Of a stretch of DNA of 64,000 nt, positions 59,357-64,000 are shown one piece after another. The translations under genes and the position numbers were made by a program. The DNA is taken from assembly GCA_022616555.1 (NCBI GenBank), contig JAKEEG010000091.1, forward strand, positions 1,016-65,015, written 5' to 3'. The notes below the pieces were generated by a model that was not told the DNA's origin, ran no database searches, and saw only the letters and a program-made list of their open reading frames with translations. Origin of the DNA: Ignavibacteriota bacterium (GTDB lineage Bacteria; Bacteroidota; Ignavibacteria; UBA10030). Each line of letters starts with the position of its first letter. Positions within the stretch are counted from its first letter, which is position 1.

Positions 59357-59486
59357 CCCCCTGCGTTCCGATTAGCTATGGCTAATCGGAACACGTCCCC
59401 CTTAGTGAGGGGGACAAAACACTAGCGTGAGGCTCTTCCCCTCCTAACCAAGGAGGGGTGTCCCGCTGTTTTGTAGCGGGACGGGG
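59357..59486. repeat. Composite G-rich structured repeat (four hairpins) between plsC and gatC
   Basis: CCCCTGCG-[GTTCCGATTAGCTATGGCTAATCGGAAC]-ACGTCCCCCTTAGTGAGGGGGAC…CCCCTCCTAACCAAGGAGGGGTGTCCCGCTGTTTTGTAGCGGGACGGGG; co-linear with the copy at 63822–63939. Confidence 0.75.
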
Positions 59487-59509
59487 TGGTTTCCTTCATT
59501 CTATCGATT

Positions 59510-60205
59510 CTATACAAAATTCTTTTCAAGAATTGAATGAACCTGCTCCATCAATTGCATTTCGCTTTCTCTGCTCGCTTCGCCCTGACTTTCAATCGGC
59601 TTATCAATGACGATCTCGATGTCGGTCGCGCGAATGGTAAACGTTCCCTTCGGCAGAATGGCATAGCTGTTCTTAATCGTCACAGGCACAACGGGAACGC
59701 CGGAGCGCGCCGCCAACGCGAACGCCCCCCGCTTGAACGGTTGCAACTTCCCATCCTTTGACCGTGTGCCTTCGGGAAACACTAGAACTGAAGCACCGTT
59801 GCGAATTTTCTTCGCCGCCTCGTCAATCCGGTCCATGGCATCTTTTGCGTTAGCCCGGTCGATAACGATATAATGACCGACATTCAACGACCAGCCCCAA
59901 ATGGGCACGCGGGTAAGTTCCTTTTTTAAGACAATGCGAACGTCGTCCGGAATCGCCGTAAACACCGCAGGTATATCAAACAAACTGGCGTGGTTGGAGA
60001 CATACACGTAGTGCTTCGATGGATCAAGATGCTCCAACCCTTTTGTTGTTACTTTGATGCCGAAAATTTTTAAGGTCATCTTTGACCACCAGCGCGCCGA
60101 ATTGTGGTACGATTTTCCGCTGCGGTCTATAAACCCCAAAAAAATTGCTGCGACAGAAGTCGCAATAGTAATAACAAGCACCGCGCCGATTTTGAGTATC
60201 ATCAT
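59510..60205 (-). CDS. plsC: 1-acyl-sn-glycerol-3-phosphate acyltransferase family
   Basis: An N-terminal TM segment, the HX4D motif (NHASLFD) and an FPEGTRS motif. Confidence 0.85.
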   Translation of the reverse strand: MMILKIGAVLVITIATSVAAIFLGFIDRSGKSYHNSARWWSKMTLKIFGIKVTTKGLEHLDPSKHYVYVSNHASLFDIPAVFTAIPDDVRIVLKKELTRVPIWGWSLNVGHYIVIDRANAKDAMDRIDEAAKKIRNGASVLVFPEGTRSKDGKLQPFKRGAFALAARSGVPVVPVTIKNSYAILPKGTFTIRATDIEIVIDKPIESQGEASRESEMQLMEQVHSILEKNFV

Positions 60206-60218
60206 ACCACACCCCTGC

Positions 60219-61418
60219 TCACGAACCCAACCCCTCTACAAAGCGAACTCGTTTCTCAATTGAGGGGTGACTGTAAAATAAAAATTCAACCAACGGGTGC
60301 GGCGATGTATCTGCTAAATTTGTTTTTGCCAACTTCAGCAGCGCGTTGGAAAAAGCCTGCTTGTTCGATGTCAGTTCCACCGCATAACGGTCAGCTTGCC
60401 GCTCGTGCTTGCGAGACATCGCGTTGGAAAGCGGCGACGTTACTAGCGAGTACACCCCGAGCCAGAGTGTAAGAAGCGGCAGCGCCGCAATCTGGTCGAG
60501 AGATGAAAATCCGAACCACGCCAAACTCGTTTGATATAATGCGGCTGTAAGATATAATCCGAGAAAGGTGCTTATTGTGCCGATCACCATCATTGTGCGA
60601 ATGTGTTTCAGCTTGTAATGCCCCAGCTCGTGCGCAAAGACGGTCTCGATCTCCTCATCCGTAAAATTTGCCACCAGCGTATCGCCCAGAATAATGCGTT
60701 TGGATTTCCCGATTCCTGCGAACGCGGCATTCGCTTTCTTGGTATTCTTACTCAAGTTGAACACGAACACGCCTTCGACTCTCATCCCAACCTTCTCGCA
60801 CAGGGCGATGATCTTGGATTTCAAGCCGCCGTCCTCAATCGGTTTGAACTTATAAAACAACGGGAATATCAGCGTAGGACTCAGCCGAGCGAGCACAACG
60901 GAGAAGAAAAACAGCACACCGCCGACGGGCAGCCACCAGAGTTCCTGAAAATTCTTAATACAATAGTAAAACGCCAGTAATACAGGTGTGCCGATGAGAG
61001 AGCCGACAAGCGTGCTTTTCAACCCTTCCCAAATCCATTTCAGAAAAGTCTGATTGGAGAGATTGTATTTATGCTCGAGATAAAATCCGGAGTAATACTT
61101 TAGAGGAAAAGAAATTATCGCTTCTGCCAACCCAAACACGGCGACAAACAATAGCAGGATGATGTAATCGTTTGACGAGAAACCACGAACAAATTCCTCC
61201 ATAGAAACCGAAAATCCCGCCGCCAGCACTGCGAGCGTGAACGCAAAAAAGAACACCGTGCCTGTAATACCAAGCCAAATTTTCTTTTTGCTATATTCTT
61301 TTGCTTGCGGATTCGAGCTGGGGTTTACTTTTGGAGACGGTGATTCGGAGGCTGAGAGAACGGGTGTTGGGTGTCCGCCAGCATGGCGGACAGAAGTCAA
61401 ATTCGATACATCCTGCAT
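60219..61418 (-). CDS. M48-family zinc metallopeptidase (Ste24/HtpX-like)
   Basis: A multi-TM N-terminus and the HELGH zincin motif (FAHELGHYKLKH). Confidence 0.85.
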   Translation of the reverse strand: MQDVSNLTSVRHAGGHPTPVLSASESPSPKVNPSSNPQAKEYSKKKIWLGITGTVFFFAFTLAVLAAGFSVSMEEFVRGFSSNDYIILLLFVAVFGLAEAIISFPLKYYSGFYLEHKYNLSNQTFLKWIWEGLKSTLVGSLIGTPVLLAFYYCIKNFQELWWLPVGGVLFFFSVVLARLSPTLIFPLFYKFKPIEDGGLKSKIIALCEKVGMRVEGVFVFNLSKNTKKANAAFAGIGKSKRIILGDTLVANFTDEEIETVFAHELGHYKLKHIRTMMVIGTISTFLGLYLTAALYQTSLAWFGFSSLDQIAALPLLTLWLGVYSLVTSPLSNAMSRKHERQADRYAVELTSNKQAFSNALLKLAKTNLADTSPHPLVEFLFYSHPSIEKRVRFVEGLGS

Positions 61419-61577
61419 TTATTCATAACGTGGAAGGGTGATGTGTTCCGTGGTTTGTCTATAATACAAAACAGAATGCTGAAAAGCAAGGGGGTTTTTA
61501 AATAGGTCAATCTTTTCCCAGTGGCGAGGATAGGGACAACTCTGCTTTCCAAGAGCACGCAAAATGTTCTTACTACC

Positions 61578-62564
61578 CTATCTCTTTTCCAAATATATAG
61601 CCAGGTGGTCGCCTCTGTTTTCGCGGTTCAGCTGGTCAGCTTTTTTTCTTAACTGCATGATCTGCCGGCGATTGTAGGAAGATTTTTTTGGGTTTTGCGC
61701 GTAGGATAACTCGGAAAACAGAGCTATCCTTTGTTGAAGCTGTTCACTTCCCCAGAACTGAAAATCGTTGGAATCATACACAATTTGCCGAATGTGAAAC
61801 CCTGTCTGCCGCGCAAGCAACCGGAGGCTCTCAATGGAATGAAGAAAGAAATGGCGCGGTGCATCCAATTGAATCCAGTCGGTTTTATAATATTCCCATG
61901 CATACGATGAAACCGTAGGTATCGTTATAACGCAGATACCTCTGGGCGAAAGCAACGAAAAAATTTTCTGGAGAACGTTCGCGGGAGTTGGCATATGCTC
62001 GAAGGAATCAAAAAGCATAATAATATCCCACGAGCTGGTGAGTTGCGCAAGCTCCTGTTTATGAATGACTACGCCGTTCTCATAGTGGATATCTGACGCA
62101 ATAAACGGATCGATTCCTTCAACGTTCGTAAATCCGATTTCCCCCAGCCTGTAAATCAACGACCCGGTACCGCAACCGACATCAAGTATCCGGGTTGTTT
62201 TCTCCACAGGCATTCTCGTGAGCGCCTCTAACGCCTTGTTGGGAAACCGAGAAAGCAGATACGAGCCTATGAACGTCTTCTTCAGTGCCTGGTCTGACCG
62301 AAAACTGCGTAGAAATCCTAGAACGATATTCTCTTTGGAAGGATTATTCGCGAGGCTGTAATAGTCCGATTGGTAATACCGGGAAAGGTCTTCGGGGATT
62401 TCCCGTAACTGAAGGCAATGACACTTGCTGCATTGGAAATAGTCAAACAATTCTCCGGTTCCGAACATAGTCTCTTTGGCTTTATAGAGAACATTACCGG
62501 CAACATTGCCGCAGATCGAGCACTGTAGGGCCGCATTCATGTGTTCCGGATTATTGCTTGTCAT
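61578..62564 (-). CDS. Class I SAM-dependent methyltransferase with an N-terminal Zn-ribbon
   Basis: CSICG…CSKCHC, then motif I ILDVGCGTGSL. Confidence 0.75.
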   Translation of the reverse strand: MTSNNPEHMNAALQCSICGNVAGNVLYKAKETMFGTGELFDYFQCSKCHCLQLREIPEDLSRYYQSDYYSLANNPSKENIVLGFLRSFRSDQALKKTFIGSYLLSRFPNKALEALTRMPVEKTTRILDVGCGTGSLIYRLGEIGFTNVEGIDPFIASDIHYENGVVIHKQELAQLTSSWDIIMLFDSFEHMPTPANVLQKIFSLLSPRGICVITIPTVSSYAWEYYKTDWIQLDAPRHFFLHSIESLRLLARQTGFHIRQIVYDSNDFQFWGSEQLQQRIALFSELSYAQNPKKSSYNRRQIMQLRKKADQLNRENRGDHLAIYLEKR

Positions 62565-62591
62565 AGTGTTATAAGGAAGCTCTTTTCCACC

Positions 62592-63830
62592 TCAACGATA
62601 CAACAAATACTTCTCCCTGCGGCTGAGGTAATCAGCTTGCTGCCTTTTGATCTTGGCGAGCATATCTTCCACCCGGGCGAAAGTCACTAATTCCCTACGA
62701 ATCTCCGCCGAGCCGAGAATTTTGTCGAAGGACTCGATTTTCTCCTTGCGTGCCCGCGCATAGATATTGCGCTCCGGGAAGAGTGTATAGAGTGCCGATA
62801 AAATATGCAGTTGCACAGCCGTTAGACTAATAGTATCACGGTCTGTGACGTGTATCTGCACGCCGCTGTAGCGCGTGCCGTTGTCGTTGTAAATGCGATA
62901 ATACATGGGGCGAAATTCAACGCCCACGAGCTTCTTGCCGTTGAGATGATCTGCTAATAACGGCGCATCAACCCACGGCGCACCGACAAGCTCGAACGGC
63001 ATCGTGTAGCCAAGCCCCTGATTTGCCGTGCCAAGCTCGCCCAGCAATCCGGTCATCACGTAGAACATCGGCGTAGCGGACCGAGGGATATTCGGCGAGG
63101 GCGGCACCCACGGTAGTCCGGTATCATCCCACCACATTGACCTGCTCCATCCTTCCATTTGCACTACGGTGAGATTGCATTTGACTCCGTTCGCAAGCCA
63201 GCCCTCCTCGTTAACCATCTGCGCCAGCTCGCCAACCGTTAAGCCATACACGTAAGGAATTGGATAGTACCCGACGAACGATTTATACTCCGGCTCAATC
63301 ATTGTGCCTTCCACACGATTACCGGTTAGAGGGTTTGGGCGGTCGAGCACGATAAGCTCAACGCCGTTTTCCGCCGCCGCTTCCATAGCATAGCCCATTG
63401 TAGAAATAAACGTATAGGAGCGCACGCCGATATCCTGAATATCGTAAATGAGCGCGTCTAAGCCGCGCAGCATGTCGGCAGTGGGTTTACGCGTGGGACC
63501 ATAGAGTGAGTACACTGGAAGTCCTGTCTTGGCGTCGTTGTAATTCTCCACCCATTTGCCGGCTTCCACGTCCCCACGTGCGCCATGCTCGGGACCGAAC
63601 AGCGCTACCAGCTTAACTTCAGGCGCGTTGAACAGTACATCGATAGTAGAACGAAGGTTGCCCGCAACTCCCGTTGGATTCGTAATCAACCCAACCCTCT
63701 TGCCGCGAAGAATGTCAAAATTCCGTGCCTGCAATACATCAATGCCGGGCTTTACTTTAGGCTGCGAGAAAACGCTATGAAAAGAAACCAAAAGAGTAAT
63801 CAGAAGAAAAACAAAGGAAACCCCCTGCGG
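62592..63830 (-). CDS. DUF1343-family protein (exo-beta-N-acetylmuramidase NamZ-like); start uncertain
   Basis: LITNPTGV…LFGPEHGARGD…DIQDIGVRSYTF motifs. The ORF-track N-terminus (out to 63953) reads through a palindromic repeat element, so the true start is probably internal. Confidence 0.75.
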   Translation of the reverse strand, partial: PQGVSFVFLLITLLVSFHSVFSQPKVKPGIDVLQARNFDILRGKRVGLITNPTGVAGNLRSTIDVLFNAPEVKLVALFGPEHGARGDVEAGKWVENYNDAKTGLPVYSLYGPTRKPTADMLRGLDALIYDIQDIGVRSYTFISTMGYAMEAAAENGVELIVLDRPNPLTGNRVEGTMIEPEYKSFVGYYPIPYVYGLTVGELAQMVNEEGWLANGVKCNLTVVQMEGWSRSMWWDDTGLPWVPPSPNIPRSATPMFYVMTGLLGELGTANQGLGYTMPFELVGAPWVDAPLLADHLNGKKLVGVEFRPMYYRIYNDNGTRYSGVQIHVTDRDTISLTAVQLHILSALYTLFPERNIYARARKEKIESFDKILGSAEIRRELVTFARVEDMLAKIKRQQADYLSRREKYLLYR

Positions 63831-63939
63831 CTCACAAAACGAGCCGCGTCCCCCTTCTTTAGGGGAACAAGGTGATTGCGCAATATTTTTCCCCTCCTCA
63901 CCAAGGAGGGGTGTCCCGACGTTTTTTGTCGAGACGGGG
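63822..63939. repeat. Composite G-rich structured repeat (second copy)
   Basis: Same order of modules as 59357–59486, but the internal hairpin is a different sequence (GCGGCTCACAAAACGAGCCGC) with pairing preserved. Confidence 0.75.
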
Positions 63940-64000
63940 AAGTTACTCTTCATTCGATGTTCTAGTGCTATATTATGTATTTAATGTCAGATTAGTAATG

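Noticed and set aside
63831-63953. The N-terminal 40 aa of the ORF-track DUF1343 ORF (MKSNFPVSTKNVGTPLLGEEGKNIAQSPCSPKEGGRGSF…).
   Set aside because: This stretch is the translation of the G-rich palindromic repeat element (63822–63939), not genuine protein sequence, so the true start is placed downstream, at about 63830 or later.

Overview
This 64 kb window is a gene-dense bacterial chromosomal segment of about 50–55 % GC, with almost every gene on the minus strand. The gene content points to an FCB-group organism (Bacteroidota, Ignavibacteriota or a close relative): there is a 2314-aa T9SS translocon SprA next to the PorX regulator, an LptF/LptG pair, and a protein carrying a T9SS C-terminal sorting domain. 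Gene starts generally lack Shine-Dalgarno sequences.

Layout, in order:
- 1–17.3 kb: an exopolysaccharide/O-antigen-type biosynthesis locus. It holds a partial DegT aminotransferase, a WbaP-like priming sugar transferase, a polysaccharide deacetylase, GT4 and GT2 glycosyltransferases, methyltransferases, Wzy-like, Wzz-like and Wza-like export components, wecB, rfbB and rfbC. A lower-GC variable block inside it (5.6–9.3 kb) encodes a beta-helix, pectate-lyase-fold protein.
- 17.5–27.5 kb: housekeeping genes: argS, rsfS, a LytR_C-domain protein, a GlmU-like nucleotidyltransferase, panC, an arginase, accD, tsaB and tsaE, followed by porX.
- 27.6–34.5 kb: sprA.
- 34.8–38.0 kb: pdxH and the lptF/lptG pair.
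- 38.0–40.5 kb: an AT-rich two-gene islet encoding a DUF5131 (phage Gp37/Gp68, three-Cys) protein and a TcmP-like partner, followed by about 0.8 kb of repeat-rich non-coding DNA.
- 40.5–47.6 kb: an outer-membrane beta-barrel protein, an M24 peptidase, and an unusual operon of lysine 2,3-aminomutase (kamA) with two Ddl-like ATP-grasp ligases and a Cys-rich protein.
- 47.6–50.4 kb: recG, and a domesticated REP-associated tyrosine transposase (RAYT) with its 28-bp palindromes.
- 50.4–64 kb: an M28 peptidase, an amidohydrolase, a T9SS cargo protein, pyrG, kdsB, gatC, plsC, an M48 peptidase, a methyltransferase and a DUF1343/NamZ-like protein.

No rRNA, tRNA or CRISPR array is evident. Two intergenic palindromic repeat families are present: GTAGGGG…CCCCTAC REPs, and a G-rich composite hairpin element.
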